The notes under the pieces are model-generated. The model ran no database searches and was not told the DNA's origin. It saw nothing but the letters and a program-made list of their open reading frames with translations. A stretch of 64,000 nucleotides of DNA from Candidatus Woesearchaeota archaeon (GTDB lineage Archaea; Nanobdellota; Nanobdellia; Pacearchaeales; UBA284): contig CAYZTH010000001.1 in the NCBI GenBank assembly GCA_964481435.1, forward strand, positions 7,992 through 71,991. The letters run 5' to 3'. The stretch's first letter is position 1, and each line of letters opens with the position of its first letter. The translations under genes were made by a program, and so were the position numbers. Shown here in pieces: positions 36,985 through 47,537 of the stretch.

Positions 36985-38013
36985 TTATATAAAGCCAAAG
37001 ATTATATTTGCTAGGACCAGGATTCCAAGCAAGGCTTCAATAATTAGAAGCAGTGCAACAACATCTTTTTCATAGACTTTATGAGAGGGTTTCACTTTCT
37101 TAAGAACCCATATTGCTAGATGAGTAAGGCTGTATATCTTTTTGTAGCGAAGTTCTAGACTGTCATCTTTATTTGGAACCCCAAAATTCCATGCTTTAAA
37201 TTTGCTGAATGCTTTTAAGATTCCCTCAATTATGAATGGCAAGAATAAGATGACTGCGGGTTTTTCCATATTTCCAAGTATTGCGAAGCAGCCGATTAAA
37301 GCACCTATGACATAAGTCAGGGTATTTCCAGGAAAGATCCTCGCAGGAATTTTATTTAATAAATAAAATGCAAACAAAGCAAGTACGATGATGCCCGCAA
37401 TTAAAGCTAGCCACTGTTGTCCCGTAGCTAGTGAAACAATTCCTAAAAAGACGAATACAATGCCCCCTAAACCCGCTTCTAGCCCATTATACCCTGCCAA
37501 TAGATTAAACCCATTGGTGGTGCCAACAATAGACAGGGGTATGATAACCAACGGATATATCAGGCCAAGATTAACACTTCCAAAGAAAGGAAGGATTATT
37601 GAGGAGTCGCCAGCATTAATGACCATTAAAGGGATAGCTAGGGGGATTGTCATCAGTATCTTCTTATAACCACTTATGGAAGATTTCTCCCAGCCGAATA
37701 TATCATCTATAAATCCGATAAAACAAGCAAGCAGTAGTGTGATGACCATCGTAAGGATTTCAGTATTGTGCAGTATGGAATTAATGATAAATGTTCTAAA
37801 GAACATATAGACAAAAATAGTCACGACAATGGATATCGCGACAGCTATGCCTCCAACCTTGGGGACAAGTGGCTTTTTGTATTTGTTCATGTCTGGAACA
37901 AGCATGTTCTTGTGGGAGCCGGCAAGTTTGATCCACCATCTTGTTAGAAAAAAGCACAGAAAAAAGGCTAAGGCAAAGATCAAAATTAAAATAGAGAGAT
38001 TTGTCCAAAACAT
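36985..38013 (-). CDS. aglH: UDP-GlcNAc:dolichol-phosphate GlcNAc-1-P transferase (AglH/GPT, MraY-like)
   Basis: DMNK..VPKVGG, GFIDD, NGFNLLAGYNGLEAG, PARIFPGN. Confidence 0.85.
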   Translation of the reverse strand: MFWTNLSILILIFALAFFLCFFLTRWWIKLAGSHKNMLVPDMNKYKKPLVPKVGGIAVAISIVVTIFVYMFFRTFIINSILHNTEILTMVITLLLACFIGFIDDIFGWEKSSISGYKKILMTIPLAIPLMVINAGDSSIILPFFGSVNLGLIYPLVIIPLSIVGTTNGFNLLAGYNGLEAGLGGIVFVFLGIVSLATGQQWLALIAGIIVLALFAFYLLNKIPARIFPGNTLTYVIGALIGCFAILGNMEKPAVILFLPFIIEGILKAFSKFKAWNFGVPNKDDSLELRYKKIYSLTHLAIWVLKKVKPSHKVYEKDVVALLLIIEALLGILVLANIIFGFI

Positions 38014-38079
38014 TTTATTTATTGAGATATTTAGGTATATCCAAAAAATTAAGAAATCTTATAAATCTTTCCTATACCC

Positions 38080-40980
38080 CTAAATTCCCAGATAGTCTAA
38101 TTTTCCAAAAGTGTTCGGATTTGATATATCTACATTCGTCTCCAGATACTCATTATAGTAAGGGGTGTTACTTGGATAATTCACTTTCCAGATCTTAATA
38201 GGTCCCTGGACTCCTCCAGCATAAACAATGTCTCCGATTGTTAGATTATAATTATCCCTAAGCTGTTTCACAAAAGGAGAGGGCTCATTATGCGCCAATA
38301 CAAAGTTTTCTGATTCATCTAGAAGATATAATCTGACCCACTGGGTATTAAGGGCTTTTTCACTTAAGTATAATCCGATTCCAAGATTATTTACTCCTGT
38401 TTGAGAAATGCTTGGAATAATATAAAGCATGGATTCAATCATTTTTTCATTACCTCTTCTCAGGTCATATCTTCTCCCCTGGGCCCATAGATATCTTATT
38501 GGAATACGATACTGTTGGCCATTATAGACCATGACTGCTTCAAGGTTGTTTACTGATTGTGTGTTTTTGTCTATGGTCAATAAAAATAAAGCGATTCCAG
38601 CTCTTTGCATGGGGAATAATTGTCCATTCCAGAGCATATCCTCGTCTATGGCTGTGCCATAATTGCCATTTGCGTAAACATAGATTGTTTCATTCTTTGT
38701 TTCCTGAGTTTGTTTTTGGTCCAGAGAGAAAGTACTTATCCAGCTTAGCCGGTCTAATCCTGTTTTATCAGAGCCGATGCTCGCAAACGCAGAGTACTTG
38801 CCTATATCTGAACTATCAATAAGGACATAGGAAACATTATATGCTTTGCAGACCTGTAGGGCTGTTGATTCATTTTTAGCATCTAGAAGATATCTTGCAG
38901 TGACGTGGTCCCAAAACGCATTCCAGTGACCTCCGTCTGTGACTGTTGGTCTCTGCCCATAGTACTGAACCCAATAACCATAGTCCCACCAGTGCACAAA
39001 TATAGAATCTTTTGGTGTCTCTGTTCTTGTCCACTCCATTGCTTTCTGCCACTGTTCATAATAGGCGCTGTTTACAGTGGCTCTTGCCTCTTGAGTGGCT
39101 GATTGTTCATTATTCAAGAAATTTATTATCAAGAATACTGCAATAAATATCACCACAGCACAGACGAGTATCTTATAAGCGTTCTTCTTTATTGTAAACA
39201 TATATTCAGATAGTTTTACAGGTAAGAATACCGAAGCGATGATTATTGCAGGACTGACGATGAAGAATAATCTGACCGCACCCCTCATGGAGATAATTAT
39301 CCAGAAGAAGAACGATAGTAGAAGAAGGTGTATGAAATTTATTTTTTTTAAGTCTTCATTTAATTTTTCATCTTTTTTTGCATTGGCGTATATGTACATA
39401 AATAGCATTATTGCTACAAAGATAATTATCCCTCCAAAATAGAGGATACTGCTGAAAGCATTTTCTCCATTGAGGATGTCTGAAGCAGAAACCCTTGAAA
39501 AAATGAGATTAAACAATAAGAATGCAAATCCCACATTCAATAGGGAATTCCAATCTTTTTTCTGTATAGAGTGGATTAAAGTGCCTATTGATACGATGAG
39601 ATAAATTCCCAGGAGCATATAGTCCACTGTAGGAGTGAGGTTTGAGAAGATTAATAGCAACCATATCACCAAAGAAATCGCAAGATAAACCGGATAGATA
39701 TATCTTTTCTTGACATCGAAGTGCTTTACAGCTTCATAAAATAAGAGGAAGGTTCCAAAAAGGAATGTCCAGAAGAACCAACTAAAAGACGCCAAGACTT
39801 GCATTACATATGGCGCACTGTTCTCTGCAACAGTTAGGGCTATTCTCCCACCACCAAACGGATTTATTAGTTTTGCAATTATGATATTAAGAGAATCTGA
39901 AAGCAAGCCCCTTTTCAGAATCAGCATAGCGATGATGACTAAAATAACAGAGATTATCAAACTGATTACGCTTTCAGGCAATTTTATCTTGTCTTTGATC
40001 TTCCTTAATTTTGTACTGAAAATAATTTGATCGATTATCAAGACTCCTAAAATAGCAATGCAAAAACCGCTATCTTGCAGAGATAGCAAAGTTCCTCCCA
40101 AACCTACTTTAAACATGGAAAATATCAATGCGGGAATCAGCCACGATGCAAAAATCAAGAGAGTCTTCTTCTTTTCTTTATTGAACAAGAAAGCTATTAG
40201 TGTTGCCAATCCAAAAGCCATAAAAATATATCTGAAACCGCCCCAGCTATAGATCATTATTCCCGTGAATATTCCGGATAAGATTCCAAAAGGAAGCATC
40301 TTCTTGATTTTATCCTGTTTCCATGCTAGAACTATGAACAGAAGAGCTGCCCAGAAGAATACCATTCCCAAGCTCTCAATCTCCGGAATGCCCCCCGTAG
40401 TTCTATGGATTATTTCGGGAGCAACAACATAAAACAAGGTTGCAATCAAAGCGCCAATTGCCGAAAATTTTTTAGGCATCATAAAAGAGAATATTACATA
40501 AAGGAATAAGAAGAATAAAATAAATGCCAGGCCTGAGAAGATGACCGGGGCTATTATTGCAACAAATTCAACACTTTTTTGAGGTCCATGCAGGAAGGGG
40601 CTTAGTATTTTATACAGATAAGCGATTGCCCATGGCATCAGGCTATTTTTAGCATAGCTTGTCGCGCCAAGTGGCGCTGAAGTCATATGGTCTATTGGTT
40701 GATACTGGCCAGAAGAGATATCTTTTGCCAGTCTTAAATATAAAAATGGATCAAGATCCGGACCAAGAGTATAATTTCCATTTGTGACATCTTTTAGATA
40801 AGGAATATTTGTAGTCCTGAGATGGCATCCAAAATAAACAATTACTGCAAGCAAGATAATGACTAGAATGACAAACCAGTACTTTTTGAAGAAAGTTCCA
40901 ATTGATTTGGATGGTGTTTTATCCCCCTTTACCTCCAAATTTTCCTTTTTTTCTGGATTTTCCGTATTCACTTCGTTCAT
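38080..40980 (-). CDS. aglB: Oligosaccharyltransferase STT3/AglB
   Basis: DLDPF, TVAEN, HWWDYGYW, TVTDG, DIGK; many TMs. Confidence 0.95.
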   Translation of the reverse strand: MNEVNTENPEKKENLEVKGDKTPSKSIGTFFKKYWFVILVIILLAVIVYFGCHLRTTNIPYLKDVTNGNYTLGPDLDPFLYLRLAKDISSGQYQPIDHMTSAPLGATSYAKNSLMPWAIAYLYKILSPFLHGPQKSVEFVAIIAPVIFSGLAFILFFLFLYVIFSFMMPKKFSAIGALIATLFYVVAPEIIHRTTGGIPEIESLGMVFFWAALLFIVLAWKQDKIKKMLPFGILSGIFTGIMIYSWGGFRYIFMAFGLATLIAFLFNKEKKKTLLIFASWLIPALIFSMFKVGLGGTLLSLQDSGFCIAILGVLIIDQIIFSTKLRKIKDKIKLPESVISLIISVILVIIAMLILKRGLLSDSLNIIIAKLINPFGGGRIALTVAENSAPYVMQVLASFSWFFWTFLFGTFLLFYEAVKHFDVKKRYIYPVYLAISLVIWLLLIFSNLTPTVDYMLLGIYLIVSIGTLIHSIQKKDWNSLLNVGFAFLLFNLIFSRVSASDILNGENAFSSILYFGGIIIFVAIMLFMYIYANAKKDEKLNEDLKKINFIHLLLLSFFFWIIISMRGAVRLFFIVSPAIIIASVFLPVKLSEYMFTIKKNAYKILVCAVVIFIAVFLIINFLNNEQSATQEARATVNSAYYEQWQKAMEWTRTETPKDSIFVHWWDYGYWVQYYGQRPTVTDGGHWNAFWDHVTARYLLDAKNESTALQVCKAYNVSYVLIDSSDIGKYSAFASIGSDKTGLDRLSWISTFSLDQKQTQETKNETIYVYANGNYGTAIDEDMLWNGQLFPMQRAGIALFLLTIDKNTQSVNNLEAVMVYNGQQYRIPIRYLWAQGRRYDLRRGNEKMIESMLYIIPSISQTGVNNLGIGLYLSEKALNTQWVRLYLLDESENFVLAHNEPSPFVKQLRDNYNLTIGDIVYAGGVQGPIKIWKVNYPSNTPYYNEYLETNVDISNPNTFGKLDYLGI

Positions 40981-42332
40981 TTTTTCTTAAGAAGGAATCG
41001 CTTTTTATACCTTTCCTTTTTCAAATTTTTCTTTTTTGATTCTGGTTTTTGTTCTTTATGGAAGATGTTTATGCTGCCTAAAAGGGCCAGCGGCTCACGT
41101 TCTTTATGCTGCACTAGGCTGACAATAAACATGCTTATCAAAAGAAGGGCATTAAGGATTATCAACACCCAGATGAACTGCATTATACTTTGGTGGAAGA
41201 AGATTAACAGGGCAATTTGCAAGAAAGCAGCGGTCAATAGTATTCTGAAGGTCATTTTTTTATTCTTGTTTGTTACAAGGTTATAATAGACCAGCAGATT
41301 AGCAAAAGAGAATAGGGCCATGGCGAGTATCATGTACTTAAGATATGGTGCAGCAAGCAGATACTTGCTACCCAAGACTATCTTTACGAATTCTTCAGAA
41401 AAGAACAATGAAAGGATAAAAGCTGCACCAAAAAGAGCAGCAATCAACCCGCCTGCTTTTTTAAGAATATTCATACTCTCTTTTTTATGATTTTTTTCAT
41501 GCTCTCCAGCTAAATTCGGAACCATTACTCTCTTTATTCCGGTAGCTATGAAAAATAATGCTTTCCCGATAGTAGATATACCGCCATATACTCCGGCTAT
41601 TCTCGGGGTGAAATAGTACCTCGCGATTATTACGTCCACGCTGTACATCAGAGTAACTAGGCCGAAGATAAGGAGCGTAGCGAGGGAGTATTTTGTTGTT
41701 TTTTCCTCACTTTTTTGTTGTTTTGCCTTTCTTAGGTCTTTAAAATACCAATAACCAAGAATAAATGCTAGGCCCGTGGATATGGGCACAGAAAGCAAGG
41801 CCCCGTAGATTTTCATATTTGCTGGCAGCATGACCACAATGACCATTGCGGCGACTAATTTTGCCACATTGAATATAGAATCATTTATGCCCATCGCTTT
41901 GAACTTCTCAAATCCCTGGAAAATACCCCACATGACCGGCAAAACAAATGCAAAAACCAGAGAGAGTGATGTTGCAACAAGAATGGAAAAGGTTGTATGG
42001 ATCAGCATAGCTATCAAGGGGCTTATTGCTAAGAAGATTACAAATAATACTCCCGAAAGGAGAAACATCCTCTTGAGATAACTGCTCATCAGCCAGTGCA
42101 TCTTGCCTTTCTCATTTTTGATTCTGAATTTTGCGATGAAAACAGACACGACGGTTCTTATTGTTTCTTGAGGAATAGTTAAAATGTACATCAAGGAGTT
42201 TATTGAAGCTAAGAGGCCGTAGTCCTCCACACTTAACATCCTAGCCATGGCAAAGAAATAAAGATAGCTTGCAATTCCCGCAACAGCTGAGAAAAGTAAT
42301 AGGGTCATTGCATCTTTGGTTATTTTGTGCAT
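40977..42332 (-). CDS. Oligosaccharide flippase (Wzx/MOP family)
   Basis: MARMLSVEDYG, GIFQG, DVIIARYYF..AGVY. Confidence 0.85.
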   Translation of the reverse strand: MHKITKDAMTLLLFSAVAGIASYLYFFAMARMLSVEDYGLLASINSLMYILTIPQETIRTVVSVFIAKFRIKNEKGKMHWLMSSYLKRMFLLSGVLFVIFLAISPLIAMLIHTTFSILVATSLSLVFAFVLPVMWGIFQGFEKFKAMGINDSIFNVAKLVAAMVIVVMLPANMKIYGALLSVPISTGLAFILGYWYFKDLRKAKQQKSEEKTTKYSLATLLIFGLVTLMYSVDVIIARYYFTPRIAGVYGGISTIGKALFFIATGIKRVMVPNLAGEHEKNHKKESMNILKKAGGLIAALFGAAFILSLFFSEEFVKIVLGSKYLLAAPYLKYMILAMALFSFANLLVYYNLVTNKNKKMTFRILLTAAFLQIALLIFFHQSIMQFIWVLIILNALLLISMFIVSLVQHKEREPLALLGSINIFHKEQKPESKKKNLKKERYKKRFLLKKK

Positions 42333-42375
42333 TTTTCTTATTAAAGGTTATATTTTCAGGTTTTAAAACTAGTCC

Positions 42376-43245
42376 TTATATCTTAAAAAAAGACATCATC
42401 CAAGGCGTAAAAAAGACTTCAATTATTGCCGCAAGAATTAGTATTATTAGCGCCACTATTATCAGATCTAGAGAATCCTGGACCGTATGCCAGAACGCTT
42501 TCTTTCCAAGCTTGTGTCTTATTATCGATACGCTTATTATTCCTCCGGCTAGGGCAGTCACAAAATATGCCGCAATCTCGGGAATTCCATGAATAAGGTA
42601 TCTCAAAAGAGAAAGAGGCATGTTAGCAAGAGAGCCCTTTGCGAACAGACCCATTGCTACTCCAATGACACTTGCGTTCCATGCAAGGATAAAAATTGCC
42701 CCTGCTCCAAAAACAAAAGAAAATAAGAGTATTGTAAGCATGACAAAGAAATTATTGGATAAGATAGATGAGAATGCATTCAACCTACTTTTAAAATCAA
42801 GTCCAATAGTGTGCCCAGTGATTTGTGCGCAATTCTTCAGATCTCCGGCATTGATAGAACAGTACGAATCAAGCTGTGCTTGGAAATTTGCATGAATCAT
42901 GTCCTGTGGCATCAATATGAAAGCAAGGGAAAAAGCCAGGATATACCCTAAAAATAAGAATAACATTGCAGTTAAGGCCTTTCCATGTTCTTTGATAAGA
43001 ATTTTTTCTTCTTTTATTTTATCCTCTTTCTTCTCTTCTAGTCTGATTAGATAATACATAAAAGGCAAGGAGAGCATTGTTGTAAATGTCACGACGAAAA
43101 CACTGCTGTACGATTCTAGGGCCGCGCTCTTATAGAATAAAAAAGTTGCAAGCAAAACAGAGATTATGGCGTAGAAGAAACCAATCAGCAGCATCTCAAC
43201 GGGTTTTCTTTCAGCTTTTCTAGGCTTTATCAGGAATTCTAGCAT
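42376..43245 (-). CDS. SpoIIM/DUF95 family membrane protein
   Basis: ILSNN, LAWNASVIG, IHGIPEI. Confidence 0.85.
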   Translation of the reverse strand: MLEFLIKPRKAERKPVEMLLIGFFYAIISVLLATFLFYKSAALESYSSVFVVTFTTMLSLPFMYYLIRLEEKKEDKIKEEKILIKEHGKALTAMLFLFLGYILAFSLAFILMPQDMIHANFQAQLDSYCSINAGDLKNCAQITGHTIGLDFKSRLNAFSSILSNNFFVMLTILLFSFVFGAGAIFILAWNASVIGVAMGLFAKGSLANMPLSLLRYLIHGIPEIAAYFVTALAGGIISVSIIRHKLGKKAFWHTVQDSLDLIIVALIILILAAIIEVFFTPWMMSFFKI

Positions 43246-43346
43246 TTTTCTCTCTTTTTTGTCTATTTAAAATATAGCGGCTTCCTCTTTTAAAAGCTTT
43301 CTACCTGTTCAACAATAGATTTTTAATCTCTTTTTTCTTTTAGATT

Positions 43347-44219
43347 ATGTCCAAATTATTACAAAAAGAGGTAAGCATGAAAAAAGAAAGGTTTGAAAAT
43401 ATCTGTCAAGACATAAAGTCCATAAAAATACAGGGAGCAGAGAATATTGCACGCGCTGCCTTGAAAGCCTTGCTCATCAGGCACGATTCTCAGTCAGTTA
43501 AAAAATTGATATCTCTAAGGCCGACCGAGCCTTGCCTAAGAAATTGCATTACTCATGCCCTAAGTTTTCCTGAAATTAAGGAAGGAGTTTCAAGAACACT
43601 GAAAATTATGGACGATTCTAGGAAAAAAATAAGGATAATGGGTTCAAGATTGATAAAAAATAATTCAATAGTATTCACGCACTGTCACAGCTCAACAGTC
43701 ATCTCCATCTTAATTGAAGCTAAAAAACAGGGAAAACACTTCGAAGTATACAACACTGAAACAAGACCTAATTTCCAGGGAAGAAAAACCGCTGTTGAGC
43801 TTTTGAAAGCAGGAATTCCCGTTACCATGTTTATTGATTCTGCTGCCTCAACAGCCATCAGACGTGCAGATTTATTCTTATTTGGGGTAGATGCAATAAC
43901 CACTCGGAGCATAATAAACAAGGTGGGAAATAAAACCATGGCAGAAATTGCCCAAAGATATGATACTCCAAGCTATGCCTGTTCATTCTCTTGGAAGTTC
44001 GATTCAAAAACCGCCATCGGGGACATGGAAAAATTAGAGAAAAGAGATGAAAAAGAAGTATGGTTTGAAAAACCAAGTAAATTGAAAATAAATAACATTG
44101 TTTTTGATGAAATCCCTCTTTCACTTGTGACCGGGATTATCTCTGAGCTAGGGGTCCTCGAACCTGCGACGTTCACAAATGAATTACAAAAGCACTATCC
44201 CAAAGTCTTTAATCTATAA
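43347..44219 (+). CDS. Ribose-1,5-bisphosphate isomerase / aIF-2B family (start may be 43377)
   Basis: IKIQGA, RPTEP, THCHSSTV, ETRP.FQG, GVDAI, NKVG. Confidence 0.85.
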   Translation: MSKLLQKEVSMKKERFENICQDIKSIKIQGAENIARAALKALLIRHDSQSVKKLISLRPTEPCLRNCITHALSFPEIKEGVSRTLKIMDDSRKKIRIMGSRLIKNNSIVFTHCHSSTVISILIEAKKQGKHFEVYNTETRPNFQGRKTAVELLKAGIPVTMFIDSAASTAIRRADLFLFGVDAITTRSIINKVGNKTMAEIAQRYDTPSYACSFSWKFDSKTAIGDMEKLEKRDEKEVWFEKPSKLKINNIVFDEIPLSLVTGIISELGVLEPATFTNELQKHYPKVFNL

Positions 44220-44220
44220 G

Positions 44221-44880
44221 ATGAAATCTCCAAGGCCCCTGATTTCTTTTGATCTCGACCAGACACTTGTCAAATCAACAAAAGCACATTCTTTATCATT
44301 TGCACAAGCATTTGGCAAAGAAGGCATAAAGATAAACGAAAAATCTATAAGAAAATTTATTGATGGTAGACATAGCACCGAAGTTATAATTTCTATTAGG
44401 CCGAAATTAGAAGAAGAAAGAATTAAGAACATAAGAAAATGGCATAAGCTCTTCTTAAGAAAGACCATAAGGTTTGCCAAACCCATTCCCGGGGTCTTGC
44501 AAACACTGAAAAGTCTAAAAAAAGATTTTCAGATAGCGTTGGTTACAAACTGTTCAAAGCAAGAAGTTAATTTATTGATGAAAGCCGCAAAGATTTCTCA
44601 AAGCACATTTGATATTATAATTCGGGCCGATGAAGTTAAGCATCCTAAACCCTGGCCAGATGAAATCTTTAAAGCAGAGAAAATTGCAGAAGTAAAATCA
44701 GATATTCACGTCGGAGATTCTGTCTATGATATAATCGCGGCGAAAAGAGCAAGAGCGAAGAGCATTTCGGTTTTGACAGGACAGACATCAAGAAAGAAAC
44801 TTCTAAGATACCATCCAGATTATATTTTAAGATCTGTCGTAGAACTTCCTAAGTTGTTAAAAAGTATTTCTATAAATTGA
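44221..44880 (+). CDS. HAD-family hydrolase
   Basis: FDLDQTL, LVTN, KPWPD, VGDSVYD. Confidence 0.9.
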   Translation: MKSPRPLISFDLDQTLVKSTKAHSLSFAQAFGKEGIKINEKSIRKFIDGRHSTEVIISIRPKLEEERIKNIRKWHKLFLRKTIRFAKPIPGVLQTLKSLKKDFQIALVTNCSKQEVNLLMKAAKISQSTFDIIIRADEVKHPKPWPDEIFKAEKIAEVKSDIHVGDSVYDIIAAKRARAKSISVLTGQTSRKKLLRYHPDYILRSVVELPKLLKSISIN

Positions 44881-44891
44881 TTAAATAATTT

Positions 44892-45899
44892 TTAGTTCAG
44901 AAGCCACCAAATTGTTTTTTTATTACATGCTGCGCAGAGAGGGACTTTATCGAACTCTCCAGCGAGATGATTCTCTCTAATTTTCTTTAATCTCTCTCCA
45001 AACCAGATATCTTCTATACTACCCTCTTTTAGATTTCCTAGGACTTCTCTATGGTTCCAGTCATCGCAGCATAGGACAACATCGCCATTCCAATCAACGA
45101 CCATCTTTTGCCATATGAAGCTGCAAGGCCATCTTTTCTGATTTTTAAAATGAAAGCTTTTCTCAGAATCTTTATCCAGGTTTCCTGCCCAGTTTCTCTG
45201 ATTTAATATGTTAAGGCCATCAACAATATTCTTCCACTGTTTATAGAACTTTTTTATCTCTTTCCTGTTCTCATCAAGTTCGACAAGGACAAGTGAAACC
45301 GAGGGCTTTTTCAGGCCCAGTTCATTTCGCATTTTCATGAAGTTGATTATGTTCTCGCTGGTTTCGTCGAACCTTAATCCTACTCTTATCTTTTCGTAAG
45401 TCTCTTTTGAATATGCATCAAAGCTGATGGTTATCCAGTCTAGGCCAGATTCAATAAGCCTTTTTGATATCTCTAGCCCTAATAGAGATGCATTGCTGTA
45501 GAATCCGACAATCAAGTCTTTGCTCTTCGCATACTTTATCTTCTCGATTATTGTCTGGTCAAGCAACGGTTCTCCGAAAAAAGAAAGAACAACACTTTTG
45601 ACGCCAAAACTTGCGCAATTATCAATTATTTTTTTATATAGGTTCATATCCATAAAACCTATTTCTTTCAGCAGATGATGGGGGCACATGACACAATTAG
45701 AATTGCAAGCATTTGTCGTACCTATATCCAGGCTCATCGGCGGCTTGCCCTCTAAATTTTTTATTACTTTCTTGATTTTTTTATCATAGGCCTTTTTATA
45801 AACGGGACTATTGATTATAAGTCGATTTGATAAGAATGCTCTTCCAATATTAAAACCAAGATTATTTGCCCTTATCTTATTTAGAATTTTCATCAGCAA
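44892..45899 (-). CDS. Radical SAM protein with SPASM/twitch domain
   Basis: CNSNCVMC, FGEPLL, PC..W...GDVVLCC..GNL..IW..C..C. Confidence 0.9.
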   Translation of the reverse strand: MLMKILNKIRANNLGFNIGRAFLSNRLIINSPVYKKAYDKKIKKVIKNLEGKPPMSLDIGTTNACNSNCVMCPHHLLKEIGFMDMNLYKKIIDNCASFGVKSVVLSFFGEPLLDQTIIEKIKYAKSKDLIVGFYSNASLLGLEISKRLIESGLDWITISFDAYSKETYEKIRVGLRFDETSENIINFMKMRNELGLKKPSVSLVLVELDENRKEIKKFYKQWKNIVDGLNILNQRNWAGNLDKDSEKSFHFKNQKRWPCSFIWQKMVVDWNGDVVLCCDDWNHREVLGNLKEGSIEDIWFGERLKKIRENHLAGEFDKVPLCAACNKKTIWWLLN

Positions 45900-45912
45900 A
45901 ACCCTCCGATTT

Positions 45913-46320
45913 TCATTTTGATTGCTCGTCTACTAAACTTGCCTCAATCTTTTGCATCTTATGTACAACTGCTTCCATTTGTTCTGCAACTCTCTCTCTT
46001 AAGGCCATAAAATTCATTGCTTTCTTATCAAGAAGTGCTCGAGCCTCATCAACAGATTTTTTAGCAAAAACCTTTGCCCCTATTTCAACCATTACTTCTT
46101 TGTTATCCTGTAATTTTGATTTGACAAATATTCCCTGTCCAATTGGTGAAAGGGTCTCTTGACTGATGCCTGTTTCTTTTAATTCATTCAGAGACGAGCT
46201 TGTTGTCTGCAGTTCTAATACAAATTTTTCTATTGCTTGAAGTTGTTGTTCCATCTCCTGGAGCTTAGCCCCAAATAGATTGAATTCCATCACTGCCTTT
46301 TCCATTTCTTTATTGTTCAT
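45913..46320 (-). CDS. pfdA: Prefoldin alpha subunit
   Basis: Coiled coils flanking LSPIGQGIFV..VMVEIGAKVF. Confidence 0.9.
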   Translation of the reverse strand: MNNKEMEKAVMEFNLFGAKLQEMEQQLQAIEKFVLELQTTSSSLNELKETGISQETLSPIGQGIFVKSKLQDNKEVMVEIGAKVFAKKSVDEARALLDKKAMNFMALRERVAEQMEAVVHKMQKIEASLVDEQSK

Positions 46321-46350
46321 TTTTATTAAAACTAGATAAATTTACAGCTT

Positions 46351-46815
46351 TTAAAACTTTAGTATCTTCCTTGCAAGAAGGCTGAAGACAAAACTGAAAA
46401 CTATATAACAGAAGAACCAGCCTCCGCCATCATGAACTATTGGAAGATTTGCTCCCCAGTAAAAAATATTACCAATTTCTGCAGCAGCATACCAACTTCT
46501 CAGAAGACCAAAGATGATTATTACGGGTATGAATGTTATTATCATCGGCTTTAGAGACATCTTAAATGATTGCATGCTTAGCTTCATTATCTCGCTCTGA
46601 AGTTCATTCATCCTTGCAGGGTCTTTGACTGTTTTGATTTCTTTATTCAGTTCTTTCTGCCTTTCTGTTACCTCTTTGTATTTCTTATCTATAGTGAGCT
46701 TGTAGACCCAAGTCAATAAAAAAGAAAGAATCGCAGATACAATAATGATACTTACGAGCCCTTTGGGAAGTCCAATAGGTGCCCATTGAATAAAAGCAGT
46801 GATAAAACTAACCAT
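46351..46815 (-). CDS. EMC3/TMCO1 (DUF106) family Oxa1-like membrane protein
   Basis: TM, coiled coil, KPMIITFIP, GWFFCY; downstream of secY. Confidence 0.85.
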   Translation of the reverse strand: MVSFITAFIQWAPIGLPKGLVSIIIVSAILSFLLTWVYKLTIDKKYKEVTERQKELNKEIKTVKDPARMNELQSEIMKLSMQSFKMSLKPMIITFIPVIIIFGLLRSWYAAAEIGNIFYWGANLPIVHDGGGWFFCYIVFSFVFSLLARKILKF

Positions 46816-46880
46816 CTAAAAGAAAGTCATTTACGGCTTTTAAACCTTATGAAAAGAAAAAAAGAAAAAAATAAAATTAA

Positions 46881-47435
46881 TTAATCCCTTGCGCAACAAT
46901 GATAATGAAATTGACCTGCACAGCATTTTCCATTCTGTGAAAACCAAAACTCATCAAATTTCGCTCCCGGAGTCGTATCTGGAAGCGTCGCATTTGTTAC
47001 AGTTATCAAACATTTACCATCAGAACATCCGTCAGGACAATAAATCAGTGTTCTATTTGCCACATTATTCCAGCAGTAAAATTCTGCAGTTACATTAGAC
47101 ATTGTTACATTTTTACCCTTTTCCCAACAGAAGTCAGTGTAGGTTTTTCCGTTATATCTCACAGTTCCTTTTGTGTAAGGTTTTATTCCACCATCCGTGT
47201 CTGTACAATTTGTTCCGTTACTGGCCGATAACAAAGAACTGGTTGTTGGTGTAAAAAGTGAAGCTCCAGCATACTCGCTATCAGTTGGGGCTGTTGAGAC
47301 TGGAAAAAGTAAGTCTGAGAAGCTTAAACCAATTGCGGCTGCTAATAGAACTGCAACCACCACAAGAACAGCAAAAATTGCCTTGTTATGGCTAGAATTG
47401 TTGTTGTTTTGTATCGCTTTCAAATTATTTTTCAT
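46881..47435 (-). CDS. Membrane-anchored Cys-rich surface protein (CxDxDGG motif), copy A
   Basis: AGGAGGT RBS before ATG 47435; TM; CTDTDGG..KG..TDFC. Confidence 0.75.
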   Translation of the reverse strand: MKNNLKAIQNNNNSSHNKAIFAVLVVVAVLLAAAIGLSFSDLLFPVSTAPTDSEYAGASLFTPTTSSLLSASNGTNCTDTDGGIKPYTKGTVRYNGKTYTDFCWEKGKNVTMSNVTAEFYCWNNVANRTLIYCPDGCSDGKCLITVTNATLPDTTPGAKFDEFWFSQNGKCCAGQFHYHCCARD

Positions 47436-47455
47436 ATTAAACCTCCTTTCAATCA
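47263..47455. repeat. 193-bp direct repeat, copy A
   Basis: 2 mismatches versus 47956..48148. Confidence 0.95.
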
Positions 47456-47537
47456 ATCTATTTTATTAATTAAAAAGAAGCTAGAATATACTTATATATC
47501 TTTTGAAAAGAAAAAAATAAAAAAAGAAAAAATAAAA

